Under the pieces are notes generated by a model, which saw nothing but the letters and a program-made list of their open reading frames with translations, did no database searches and had not been told where the DNA came from. From Octopus vulgaris (lineage: Eukaryota), in contig OX597814.1 in assembly GCA_951406725.2 (NCBI GenBank), forward strand, positions 165,912,001 to 165,976,000: 64,000 nt of DNA, given 5' to 3'. This document shows, piece by piece, positions 14,801-27,471 of this stretch. The position numbers and the translations under genes were made by a program. Position 1 is the stretch's first letter, and each line of letters begins with the position of its first letter.

Positions 14801-15053
14801 ACAGAAAGAAATTAATCAGCGTAAATGAAAAATACACCCACCTAACTACCAACATACAATTAATGAGATTGATTTTCTATTAAATAAAAATTCTAATGAT
14901 GATGACGTATAAACAGTGACTTTCATAGTAATCTTTGAATAAATAAGAAATTCTGTGCAATGGGTGTTCTGTTTAAATGTGCTTGCGCATGTATGCATGT
15001 GTATGTGTGTTTTATATATGTATGTAAGTATGTATGCATGTTGTCCACAGTAA

Positions 15054-15162
<109 letters not shown>

Positions 15163-16064
15163 TGAACATATGCATGTGTGTAAATGCACATACACCAACA
15201 CACAGACAAACACATATTTTTAATCCATTTACATTTTAAAGTAGTAAATCAAGGACAATTAATGAAAATTTTTTAATATAAAAGGTTAAAATGTGAAGTT
15301 TGTTACTTTCATCTGATAATTTTTATATACACATACGCATTCATGCACACACACACACACACACATGTGATTCCTTTATAAATTCATAAATCTGATTAGT
15401 TTCTTTTGATGTGGCAAAATTTATGATTTTAACATTGGTGTCCTTTTACATGTACATACACATATGAATATTATAAAGTTAATGTCATTTAACTAAACTT
15501 ATTAAACTAAATGATCTTAGTAAAAAAAAAAAATCTTTGTCTTTCAAGAAAAGGATTTGATCACTATTGATCTACACTGCTTTAGAATTCTGAGAAGTAT
15601 TTCAGCTGGTGGTGAACTGATACCACACACTGATGGCAAGGCCATTTAAGCTAAATGAAAGATACTTCACAGAGAATTGTTGGTATGGCAATCCTTAGAG
15701 AACAAAGTGAAGCACTAGTTTTGAAAAAGACAGTTCTTAATAACAAGAACATGGTACTTACTTCTCTGGATTTTCTCTCATAAAGAATGCCATATGCCAT
15801 GGTAGACAATGATATCTTGATGTAACACATAACTGCTTGCCATCTACAAAACTTTCTTTCAAGAGACTCAAATGAGTCGTCGGACAAAAAAAAAAAAAAA
15901 AAAAAAACTTTCTGTTCTTTGCAAACACTGATGTCAAAACAAAGATGATCTAATATTTTAGCATCTTGACTTACGCAAGCTTCACCACTGCACAATGAAA
16001 CATTTTTACCTTCTCTCTCTTGCATTCTCAGTTCGAAAATGATGTGTGTATGTGTGAGTGTATA

Positions 16065-16110
<46 letters not shown>

Positions 16111-16111
16111 C

Positions 16112-16163
<52 letters not shown>

Positions 16164-17035
16164 ATTATAATAAAGGCAAGACATTTTTAAGACATGAAAC
16201 AGTAGGAAAATGTAGTCAACTGTCTTGCACAGGATACAACACAACATCTGCAGTGGGAAAGGAAACAGTTACTTAGTGAGTTATCTCACATGGTTATGAC
16301 AATAATAATGATGATGATGATGATTTCTAACAGACATAAGGCCACAAATTTGTGGGGGAGGGGGTGTAGTCGATTTAATCGACCCCATAGTAATTGACTG
16401 GTACTTATTTTATCAACTCTGGAAGAATATAAAGCAAAGTCAACTCCAATAGGATTTCAAAATAGAATGTGAAGGAATTTAACTATATATGGCAAGGTAT
16501 TTAGTCTTCTGCTTAACCGATTCTGTTATCACCTCACCTTAACAACAACAACAACAATAATATTATTAATAATAATAATGATGATCATAATAATAATAAT
16601 AATAAAATAAATATCAAACATTATAGCCAGAACATCCATAAAAATTTAAAAGAGAAGATACTCTTAAAATGAAATATATACAAAACATAGATTTCATGAA
16701 AAAAAAAAAAAGAAAATATGAAAAAATAAGATAGGATCTATCTATTTTGAACCAGATTTCTATTTGGGCTGAAGTTTTCAGGAAGATATCAGCCCAAATA
16801 TTGAAACTATTGCTGCTCAGCTGAGCTACATATTTTATCAATAGTTTGAGATTTTCAGTGAAAATATGTTTTCTTCACACACAGACACACACATATATAC
16901 AAATATTTTCTACATATACATATATTTTATATATATACATATATTTTATACATATATATATATATATATACATATATACATATATATATATAGATAGGTA
17001 TTTATGTGTAGCTGTGCTTTATGGCAGTGACAAAG

Positions 17036-17111
17036 CTAGTTGTACACTTTGAGATCAGTAGCTGCCTTCATTGAAGTTGGCTTTACAAAATTGTGTTTTT
17101 CCAGCATTGAT
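17036..17111 (-). other. Possible additional or alternative 3' exon of the HBP1-like gene
   Basis: Strong acceptor (ttttctattttcctttttttttttCAG, ending 17112) followed by a phase-2 open frame SMLEKHNFVKPTSMKAATDLKVYN*. No homology recognised. Confidence 0.35.
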
Positions 17112-18704
17112 CTGAAAAAAAAAAAGGAAAATAGAAAACCTAAGTAACTAATTCAGAGATATCATCTGTATGAATAACAATAGTCAAATTAGTATTACCA
17201 TTTAATGAAGGGACCATTCAAAAGCCAGCTAAATGTATATCTTTTATGGGGATAATGGAATACCCCTACGCCCCTCCCACGTGACAAGTGGTATGTGGGG
17301 CTCGCTATAAATACTTTGACATAGGAAATTGAGGAGAGTGTCAGTCAAGATACTTGTCTAATTAACTATACTGCTATACTGGAGTGGACGTTATAACTGT
17401 CCAACAGAGGATTACAACAATATATAATATTCTTTTCACTTTGTGAAATGAGTAAAGGAACTCCTAGCATCTTTTAGTCTAATTTTGCTTTCATTAGCAT
17501 AGCCATTATGATTCTCACCAAAGTGGTACTGAAAGAACAGTACAAGATAAATAACAATATGCTTAAGCATTTGATAAAAAAAGTGAAGAGGAATGGGGTG
17601 CATGTGTTACAGGTCTGCCAATAATACTATGTCTACGCGTTTAGTCATTGCCTTGGAAGTGTGGGCTTCTTTCAGTCTTTATCAATCAAATTTATTCACA
17701 AGGCTTTGATCAGCCTCGGGTTACAGTAGAAGACACTTGCCCAAGGTACCATGCAGTGGGACTGAACCTAAAACCATGTGGTTGTGAAGCAAACTTCTTG
17801 ACAAACCATACTTGCAGCTATGGCCATACCTGCATCTATAATTCTGTCTGCATTTATCAAAGAATCTAAAGAGAATTGGGAAGTTAATAGTGGATCATAG
17901 AGCTGGAATGGGGTAGTGAAAACAAAAGATGAGTGGAGATAAGCTTCTGTGCAGTCCAGTCGATTTCGTAGAGAAGATAAATGTTATGATGCAGCTCATT
18001 ATGTTGCCTAACATCACAAATACTCCTTTACAAATCAGTAGCTTTCTGTAACATTTCCCACAATAGCACAAGAATTGATACTCTTGATAGCATTCAAAAG
18101 CATTTGCTGCATCTACTAACTTGTTTTATACCATATTCCTCATTTGTTAACAAAGCTGCTAGTAACATATATAGTTTTGCTTAGCCTAACTCTCCACTGG
18201 AACTTGTTGCTCAGCTCATCACTTTCCCACTACAACATCAACTAGTAATTTAGCCACTTTTTAAACTGTATTCCTTTTCAGACATTACTTCTTTCTACAA
18301 ATCTTACAAATAATACACTTGTATAATTCTTGAGGCTTCTTGAATGTAAATGTGTAAGACAAGTGGGGTTGTGATGATCGTACATTTCCTAAGAGTGTTA
18401 GCATCATAAGAGAAATGATATAAATCAAAATTAGGAATTCCAACAGAAACAAAAGTCCATCTTGCCCAAAGTTGACCTCTATATACTCTATAGACCTCAT
18501 ATTATGCAGTAATTGAAATTATAATTATTATTAAACCTCCTTTTTCATTTTTCTACTCTGCTGAGTTTTAGAAAAAAAAGATAGCAAAACTTGAGGGTCT
18601 TTTTTTTTTTTTTGAAATGCCAAAAATCAAATAAAAAAAACCAAGACAATGCTGATCAAGATCAACAATTAGCAATTTAAAACCAAACGAAAGTAGAAAC
18701 AAAG

Positions 18705-18852
18705 TTACCAGCTTTTCACAGATTTTCTTTTCCAACAGTCCGGGTGTATTTTCTTGAGCTGTTCAGCCAAATATTTTGCTTCTTCAGCAAAGACATTGCG
18801 TTCCTCAGTTTTCATTTTCTTCCACCTGTCTCCCAGCATAACACTGATGGCT
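18705..18852 (-). CDS. HBP1: HBP1-like last coding exon, C-terminal half of HMG box
   Basis: Translates RAISVMLGDRWKKMKTEERNVFAEEAKYLAEQLKKIHPDCWKRKSVKSW*. TTTAG acceptor at 18853-18855. Confidence 0.93.
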
Positions 18853-19504
18853 CTAAAGTAGAAAGGAAATCAAAATATGACATTTACTAATACTTCAGTT
18901 AATGTAGTAATTCTTCATCCAAGTGGTATTTAGGGTTCAACTGTTTGCCACATGTTCTATTTGAATAAGAAACAAGGAATCTGTCAGCCAATTCATGTTA
19001 ATTTTGAAGGTTTATCTTATAATTGTTTGTAACTTTAAAAAATGATATTAAAAAAGTCACAACAATATAGCTATAGCCTCTAAATCTAAATGTTAACAGG
19101 TTAGAGTACTAAAAAGTAATTTGATGATTCAAACTGACCATAAATTGCTCTGCTTTCAATCAGTATAAGAAATATATGATTAGTGTCATTATAAATAGAG
19201 AAGCCGAAAATATCATAAATTTCAGGAGTTGGAGTGTAAGCCAAAGGTTCTGTATACTGACACCACAAGAAACTGCAACCCATAACTGTCCACACAACAT
19301 TGAAAGCCATACATTATAGTCACCTGATTACATCCAATCAAACACAATATGTACAGATTGTTACAATGCAACTGGTACATTTACAAACACTACCCATCCA
19401 TAGGTCTTAACTGCTACACTGTACTCCACATAACCCAGCTATGCATGGCTTTTAACCTCAGACAAATGTGACATTTACATTATATGGTGTGATATATATA
19501 TATA

Positions 19505-20258
19505 CTAGCAGCATAGCCCGGCGTTGCCCGGGTATGTAAGAGCCCCTAGTAGGCAACAACTAATCCCAATCTAGTCCTTTCCCTATAGGGAACGAAGGCG
19601 CATGTGTAGGTTGCAATGTCTTCTCTTCACTCCCAAATAACTATCAAACAGCTATCGATAATTCAACCCAACCAATTCCTACCAGGAAGAAATTACATTC
19701 GAGACTTTACTTCTGCTAATAGCTGCTGCAGCCGCAAGTTATTTGAATACTTTTTTGTTTACACTTTCTTTATAACTACCACCCCAAACGTTTTACCTTA
19801 AATTTTTGACGTACCCTAAGGGTCCTCAGACGCTACTTGCAAACTCTTGGTTTATTATAAACTGCTTTTGTCGTGTGCACCAAAAAACCTTTTCCATTCG
19901 TTTGTTCAGTTTGGTCACTTTTGACTTTTTCGTTGTTGTCACTCACATTGCTGCCTGCTTTTTTGCCGTTTTTGTTCATTTTTATACATTTTGGGATACT
20001 TACCCCACGTGTTCCGAGAGTTAAAAAGGTCAAGTTGCGTCCCCTAGACAGTCTGTAGAAAATGTGTTGCATATAAAAAGCTTAGATTCTCGACCCATGT
20101 CGAATTTATCAATATTTTTCAGAACTGGGGGAACATTTCAAAATTTTCTCTGCATTAGTTTTGAATTATGACATTGGGCTATGTGTGAGTCAAGTTTCAT
20201 TGAGGGTACAACCTGACAGACACACAGACAGACAAACTGCCGTTTATATAGAGAGAGA
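19505..20258 (-). mobile_element. Non-autonomous Helitron
   Basis: Minus strand starts TC(TCTCTATATAAACGGC..(GTCT)n) and ends with the hairpin CCCGGGCAACGCCGGG (19517-19532) followed by CTAG (19505-19508). Inserted between A and T with no TSD. Confidence 0.85.
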
Positions 20259-20642
20259 TGCCATCATCATCACCATCATCATCATTTAATGCTGGCATGG
20301 GTTGGACAATTTGACATGGAACTGGCTAGCAAAGCTGTTCAGACTCCGATTGTCTGTTGTGGCATGGTTTCTACAGCTGGATGCCTTTCCTAACACCAGC
20401 CACATCGCAGAGTGAACTGGGTGCTTTTTATGTACCACTGGCACAAGTGTGTTTACACAGCTCAGGCACAGGTGCATTAATACAGCACTAGCACAGGTGT
20501 GTTGACACAGCACCAGCACCTGAAAAGACAAGCTTGTATGTGTGGAAGACAATGATTTTACTTAGCTTGATGCATCTTATCAATTACGGCAAACTGCTAC
20601 ATCTCCCGGTCCCTTGTCATATATATATCTGTATATATATAT

Positions 20643-20875
20643 CTGTTTCTTTATTAACCACAAGGGGCTAAACATAGAGGGGACAAACAAGGACAGACAA
20701 AGGGATTAAGTCAAGTACGTTGACCCCAGTGCGTAACTGGTACTTAGTTTATCGACCCCGAAAGAATGAAAGGCAAAGTTGACCTCGGCGGAATTTGAAC
20801 TCAGAACGTAACGACAGACGAAATACGGCTATGCATTTCCCCAGCGTGCTAACGTTTCTGCCAGCTCGCCACCTT
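20643..20875 (-). mobile_element. tRNA-derived SINE, family B variant with a different 3' tail; well preserved
   Basis: Head ggtggcgagctggcagaaacgttagc..gagttcaaattcc, family-B core with intact CpGs, tail ..gccccttgtggttaataaagaaa. Confidence 0.85.
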
Positions 20876-21242
20876 ATATATCTATATATATATATATCAT
20901 CATCATCTTCTCTCTCTCTCTCTCTCTCTCCATATATATATATATATATATATAGTATTTTGATTAAGTGAATCATTTGAGTAGTTACATCTGAGCTATC
21001 TGATGATGGTTTCAAGATGTGGTAAAGAACTTTGGAGAAAAAGTATTTCATTGTTTGATGCTTGTACCTCGACTCCTTGCATCATCAGAGACATCAGCAT
21101 TTACCTGGAAAGGTGATGTCAACATCAACAATGAACTATGAACACATTTCCAAATAACAGACAACATAATGCTCATTGCAGAAACATTACATCAGCTGCA
21201 GACCATACTGACAGCAACCTCAAAATAAACCTCTTCCTCCTC

Positions 21243-22640
21243 GTTTAACGTTCATTTTCCATGCTGGCATGGGTTGAATGGTTTGACTGAGGTCTGGAGA
21301 TCCAGTGGCTACACCAGTCTCCAATCTGATCTGGCAATGTTTCTACAGTTGGATGCCCTTCCTAACATCAACCACTCTGAGAGTGTAGTGGGTGCTTTTT
21401 ATGTGCCACCAGCACAGGAGCCAGTCAGGCGGGCCTGGCATCAATCACGTTCGGATAGTGCTCTTGATGTGCCACTGGAACTGGGGCCAGTCAGGGGGTA
21501 CTGGCATCAGCCACGTTCGGTTGGTGCTTTTCATGTGCCACTGGCATGAGAGCCAGTCAAGGGGTACTGATACCGGCCACATTCAGATGGTGATTTTTAT
21601 GTACCACCAGTGTGGGAGCCAGTCAGGCGGACCTGGCATCAACCACGTTCAGATGCTGCTTTTTACATGCCACCAGCATGGGAGCCAGTCAGGGCGTAGT
21701 GGCCAGAGCTACAATATTGGTCTTACTTGACTTAACAGATCTTCTCAAGCATATCATATCGCACGACGCATCAGGAGTACATTTAACTGGGCTGGACATG
21801 CATGACTGTGATCTCACTTTAGTAGCCGGGTCTTTTCAATGACAGCATATCTCCAAAGGTCTCGGTTTCCTGTAATTGCCTCTATGAGGCCCAATGTTCA
21901 AAGGTCATGCTTCACCATCTCATCCCATGTCTTCCTGGGTCTACCTCTTCCACAGGTTCCTTCCAGTTAGGGAGTAGCACTTCCTCACACAGCTGTCCTC
22001 ATCCATACATAACACATGACCATACCAGCAGTCATCTCTCTTGCACATCACATTTGATGCTTCTTATACCCAACATTTCTCTCAGACTGCTTACACTCTG
22101 TCGTGTATGCACACTGACATTACACATCCAGCTGATAATACTAGCTTCATTTCTTTCAAGCCTTCGCATGTCCTCAACAGTCATGGCCCATGTTTCACTG
22201 TCGTGTAGCATGGTAGTTCACAGACATGCATCATACAGTCTACCTTTTATCCTGAGCGAGAGGCCCTTAGTTGTCAGCAGAGGTAGGAGCTCCCTGAACT
22301 TTGCCCTGGCTATTCTTATTCTAGCCGCTACACTCTCAGAGCAACCACCCCACTACAGACTTGGTTGCCTAGGTAACGGAAACTATTAACTACTTCTAGT
22401 TTTTCCCCCTGGCATGTGATGGAATCTGTTTTCTGTACATTTTCTATTGCCCCTGTGCATCTGCTACACACAAAAACTATTTTGCTGCACCTTTTATGTG
22501 TCCATAGCTTACACCGGGTACATCATATGGAGTTTCTACCCACACCTTTTCTACAGATCAAGCAGAGCCATCAACTTGAAGGGGTTTGTGGTTTGACAGC
22601 CTTCCTACTTACTAAGACTGTTTTTGCTAGGTTGACCCTA
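21243..22640 (-). mobile_element. RTE-like LINE 3' fragment with tandemly repeated 3' UTR
   Basis: Minus-strand translation ..RIRIARAKFRELLPLLTTKGLSLRIKGRLYDA..SETWAMTVEDMRRLERNE... The 3' end ccaacccatgccagcatggaaaa..cgttaaacg is shared with the copy at 54200-55252. Confidence 0.8.
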
Positions 22641-22889
22641 AGGCACATGGAAACAAAATATATGCTGTCCGAAAACATAGCACAATACCTTATAGAGGTA
22701 GGAAGTGATGAAATTTGAAGTGAAGGAATATGTCTATTTAGAACATGCCTGAATGCTGAAATCTTGTGGAGAGTAAAACCAGGATGGAAGATGTTAGCCT
22801 TGCTTAAAGATGTGCTCAAAGTAAACCATCCTACCTATGCTCATATATGCAAGTGAAACACAGGCTACAACAAAAAACAAACAAACAAA

Positions 22890-23230
22890 CAACTAGCTAT
22901 GACATGGAAGGTCATGGAAAAATCCATGCTAGGAATATCATTGCAGGAGCATATCCAAAATGAGACAATTCAAGAAAGGAGTAGAATGAATGATGCGATC
23001 ATGTAACACCAAAAGCAGACGTTTTACTGGACCAAACATGTCTCAAAGTTAAGACAACAGGTGAAACCATGCAGTTGTTGAATGGTATCCAAGAGATCAA
23101 AAGAGAACACTCGGAAAACTTCTAAGACAATGGGAAGATGACATTGTCACATAATTAGGACCCAAATGGAAGAGAAGGATACAATCAAGAGAGGAATAGA
23201 AGCACATTGTAACTAGCAATATATTGGGAC
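22890..23230 (+). mobile_element. Degenerate RTE-clade LINE 3' fragment (different family)
   Basis: MEKSMLGISLQEHIQNETIQERS..VVEWYPRDQKRTLGKLLRQWEDDI, a typical RTE RT C-terminus, with stops. Confidence 0.7.
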
Positions 23231-23447
23231 ATCTGATAATCTGGTTGACAAAGCAATAAGGCAACATTTGAGCTATACTTTTGACTGAACAAGAGTGACT
23301 AGAAGGAGCTATTCAATATCATCACTACCACTGCTGCAAATAACAACAATAACATCAAAACACTGTATACTATAATTGCACAAGAAGCTTTAAGGTTAAT
23401 AATGATAGGTTTTCTGCTAGTAATGAAAAATAAACAGTTGCTTTTAC

Positions 23448-23599
23448 CTGTTATCTCTCCCAGGGTACATCTGGGTATATTCCAATCGGTTTTTCTTAGC
23501 AAAAAGCATAAATCCATTCATCGGTCGTTTGGCTTTTAAAGAGTCAGTTTTGACAACAGGCGGTTTTTTAGCTTGATTTTCTTCAAGATCTCGACGTTG
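23448..23599 (-). CDS. HBP1: HBP1-like exon, N-terminal half of HMG box
   Basis: Translates QRRDLEENQAKKPPVVKTDSLKAKRPMNGFMLFAKKNRLEYTQMYPGRDN-R, with the SOX/TCF-class RPMNxFM motif and HBP1-typical EYTQMYPGxDNR. Confidence 0.95.
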
Positions 23600-25359
23600 C
23601 TGTAAATGGAAATTAAAAAATGAAATAGTCAAATGTGAGAAAAAAAAAAGAAGAAATGGAATAATTTATCTAACTTTTACTAATTTCCCTTAAAATATTG
23701 GAAACAAGACTTACAATGGCTGTAAATTTACTACTGACCACTATGGTCATGAGTTTAACTCTTTAACATTTGAACTGACCACATCCAACCGAATTCTACC
23801 TGTTTTATATTCAAACTGGCCAGGTCTGACCTCTCACACCTCTCATTCTAAAAATCTTAAAGATATGAGGTCACACATAATTAATTCAAAACAATATAAA
23901 TAAATAAGTATTACATTTGACAAAGTAATCTAAATGTGAAATTTAATTTTGTCACTGTCTTCTAAGTCTTGATAACATGTAACTCTGTTTTCTTCAGTTT
24001 GGTTAGCTACCAACAACTTATACTTCAGTATAACTAAGATATAAGTTATAGTTATACTTAAGAATAAGTTCTACTTATATTTCATACAAGAGTAGTTTAC
24101 ATAAAGAGTAATATTAGGCAGGGATCTCTGTCATTTGATGACGAGGAATCAGTCGATCAATCAACTGAATTACCTGTTCCTAAATTAACATGTAGGTAAC
24201 TGAACATTCCACAGACATGCACACTCAAAGTAATTCACAGGCAGAATCAGTGTGACACAGACAAGGTTGTGTCCTTTGGATTACAGATATAATCCACCTG
24301 ATGGGTTTCAATTGAGTTTCCATCTATCCAATTTCACTCACTTGGTATGAGTCAACCAAAAGCTATAGAAATTGAAATGGCATTGACACAAGAGTCCACA
24401 AAGTGGGACCGAACTCAAGATCATGAGATAGTGAAGCAAAATCTTGATTCATTAAGCCAATCTGCACATCATCATCATCAAGTGTTTAAAACAACTGCTT
24501 CAACAAAAACCATTCCAACGATGTTATCATGGAAGAATGAATGTTGAATAATAAAGTAATAAAAAGGATGGCACCATAAGAATACTTTTGTGTTAACAAT
24601 TAGTTTTGATATAGAATTGGTTAATATTGGCATTGAAATAAAACTAGTTTTGGAGTAGTGCATGGTCAGCTAAATCAACTTCAGTGTTTGACTGGTACTT
24701 ATTTTATCAATTCCATGAAGAATGAAAGTTAAGTCAACCTCAGTAGGATTTGAACTCAGACAAAAAGGACATGACTAATTGCTATAATGCATTTAACCTG
24801 GTCCACTATTGTTTCTCATATACTACTATCCTCAATTTGGTAAATATCAAGGACTACATCTGAAGTCATAGCCAAGTTAATAAGATGCTGACAAGCTGAA
24901 AGACTGAGTTTTTATTAGTTACTGAAGTTGTGTTGTGTCACTAGACAATGTACTTACCTCTCAACAACCCAGACTACTTAACTATGAATAGTATCTATGT
25001 ATAGATACAAAATACTGCTGTAAGTAGCAGGTGTACTTTATAAGTGAAAAATGTCATCAGTACTAGGTTAAAGCACACAATCTACTGGCATACCTAATCA
25101 AGAGAAATACATCTCTCAGCCACTTAGATGTATGAAAGACGAGATAACTTCCTAACAAGATATTTCTCAGCGACAGGTAACAAACACAAGAATTTATGGA
25201 GAAAGATCTTGCGCAAATTAGGTTCAATTAATAGTTCCACAACCCATGTCATCAGAACTCAAGTTGTTCACAAATATTAGATGCAAGTTGGTTTCAGCAC
25301 AAGATATAAACTGAGGATTACACTCAAGATTATCAAAACTATCAACATCTTAAACAAAG

Positions 25360-25416
<57 letters not shown>

Positions 25417-25869
25417 CAAACACTGAGAGATTTATGTTTCTGAGTTTTTTAAGTTTGTTTGTTGAGCACAAATATCCAATGAAAGTATAATTTTTAAAAA
25501 TCATGCAATTAAAAACAAAATTAATTGAATAGTTCAGTAAATCTAAACACAACAGGTGTAAGTACTACTGCTAAGCACTCAGGTTTAGCAATGTAAAATA
25601 ACATAATCTACATTGAAGAAAAACACAAGAGACATCCTCTACAAGGCTGCACATTTCCTAAAAATAGCAGCCAAATCTTCCACAGCTTCAATTTTTCATC
25701 TTGATAAAAAAAAAAAAAATGGACTTATTGGGCAGTGTAATTCAAGATATGTCATTCAAGGTAAAACAGGGTGGTCATGGATGATGGATACTTTTGATCA
25801 AAAGTGTGCCTAAGCAGTAGTAACTTGAAGCAAAATAAACAATAACGCAACTGAACCCTTTAATGAGAA

Positions 25870-26310
25870 ATCATCATCATCATCGTTTAACGTCCACTTT
25901 CCATGCTAGCATGGGTTGGACAGTTTGACTGAGGGCTGGTGAACCAGATGGCTGCACCAGGCTCCAGTCTTGATCGGGCAGAGTTTCTACAGCTGGATGC
26001 CCTTCCTAACACCAACCACTCCGAGAGTGTAATGGGTGCTTTTATGTGCCACCGGCACGGGGGCCAGTCAGGCGGTACTAGCAACGACCTTGCTCAAATC
26101 TTTTTCAACATGCCACTGGCACAGGTGCTAGTAAGGCGATGCTGGTAACGATCATGCTTTAATGGTGCCTTTTACAGGCCACTGACACAGAAGCCAGTTA
26201 GTCGCTCTGGCAACGATCACACTCGGATGGTGCTCTTAGTACCCTACTAGCACGGGGCACAAGGCGACGCTGGTAATGATCACACTAGAATGGTGCCTTT
26301 TATGTGCAAG
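25870..26310 (-). mobile_element. Short (ATG)n-tailed retroelement (3' UTR of the RTE-like family)
   Basis: Core ggtgttaggaagggcatccagctgtagaaac, ~60-70-bp internal repeats and a (GAT)n tail. Other copies at ~20265-20620 and 29960-30410. Confidence 0.8.
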
Positions 26311-26419
26311 AAAATATGACCTTGAATATTTTCCCACTCACATAAAAATTTTTTCAAAAAAACAAGAGAAAAATAAAGCTACTAAAAGATAGCAGTCAAG
26401 TTTGATACCTTGAATCTTT

Positions 26420-26785
26420 TACCTTTTACTTGTTCCAGTCATCTGACTGTGGTCATGCTGGAGCACACCTTGAAGAGTTTTAGTAAAACAGATCAATCCC
26501 AATACTTATTTTAAATCTAGTACTAAAGTCATAAGAATGTAAACAAACCAACAGTTGTCAGGCAGTGTAGGTGAGATGAACACAGGTACAGACACAGGTA
26601 TGCACGTGCACACACACACACAGAGCCTGCTTCCACATAGTTTTCATCCACAAATTCACTCACAAAGCAATGGTTGGCTTGGAGTTATAGAAGACACTTG
26701 TCTAAGGTGCCACAGAGAAGGACTGAACCCAAAATTATGTGATTGCAAAGCAAGTTTCTTAACCATACAACTTTACCTGCACCTA
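26420..26785 (-). mobile_element. tRNA-derived SINE, family C
   Basis: Same layout as 56056-56420: head, internal (TG)n, tail ggtgctccagcatgaccacagtcagatgactggaacaagtaaaag. Confidence 0.75.
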
Positions 26786-26857
26786 TTTAAGTAATATTTA
26801 CAAATAAATATATTTATAATTGAAAACATATGCTACCTTGAAAAAAAAATTAAAACA

Positions 26858-27230
26858 TAGGCATGGCTGTGTGGTAAGAAGCATGCTTCCCAACCACATG
26901 ATTTCTGGTTCAATCCCACTACATGTCTTCTACTATAGCCTAAAGCCAACCAAAGCCCTGCAAGTGGATTTGGTAGATGGAAACTGAAAGAAGCCTGCCG
27001 TGTGTGTGTGTGTGTATTTGCGTGTTTGTCCCCCCCACTGCTGCTTGACAACTGATGCTGATGTGTTTATGTCCCCATAACTTAGCGGTTTGGCAAAAGA
27101 CCAATACAATAAGTACCAGGCTTACAAAGAAAAAGTCCTGGGGTTAATTTCTTTGAGTAAAACCCTTTAAGGCAGTGCTCCAGCATGGCTGCAATCAAAT
27201 AATTGAAACAAGTAAAAGAATAAAAGAATA
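26858..27230 (+). mobile_element. tRNA-derived SINE, family C
   Basis: Head ggcatggctgtgtggtaagaagc..ggttcaatccc, internal (TG)n, tail ggcagtgctccagcatggc..gaaacaagtaaaagaataaaagaa. Confidence 0.85.
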
Positions 27231-27471
27231 CACCACACTTGATTTTTAATTTACTATGATCTTTTGAGGGTTTTTTCCCCCATCACCAATGCATAAGCAG
27301 TTCAGACAGAAAGCATGTCTGAAATAAAAGGGACTAGTTTTATAAACAACAACACTACAATTAGTTGTGTGATCAGTACTCTGAACTGAATATTTTTCTA
27401 ACCATTTTTAAGACCACCTCTTTATCTCGCTTCCTTACTTTTAGATGAAGAAGGCAAACCAATCAACTTAC

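Noticed and set aside
21385-21705. CRISPR-like repeat array
   Set aside because: Units are contiguous degenerate tandem repeats without unique spacers, inside a LINE 3' UTR in eukaryotic DNA, and no cas genes are present.
23448-23599. SOX, TCF, capicua or BBX assignment for the HMG box; ataxin-1 for the AXH domain
   Set aside because: The combination of AXH, DFTPxDSSAV SID and EYTQMYPGxDNRAISVxLGDRW..PDCWKRK is characteristic of HBP1.
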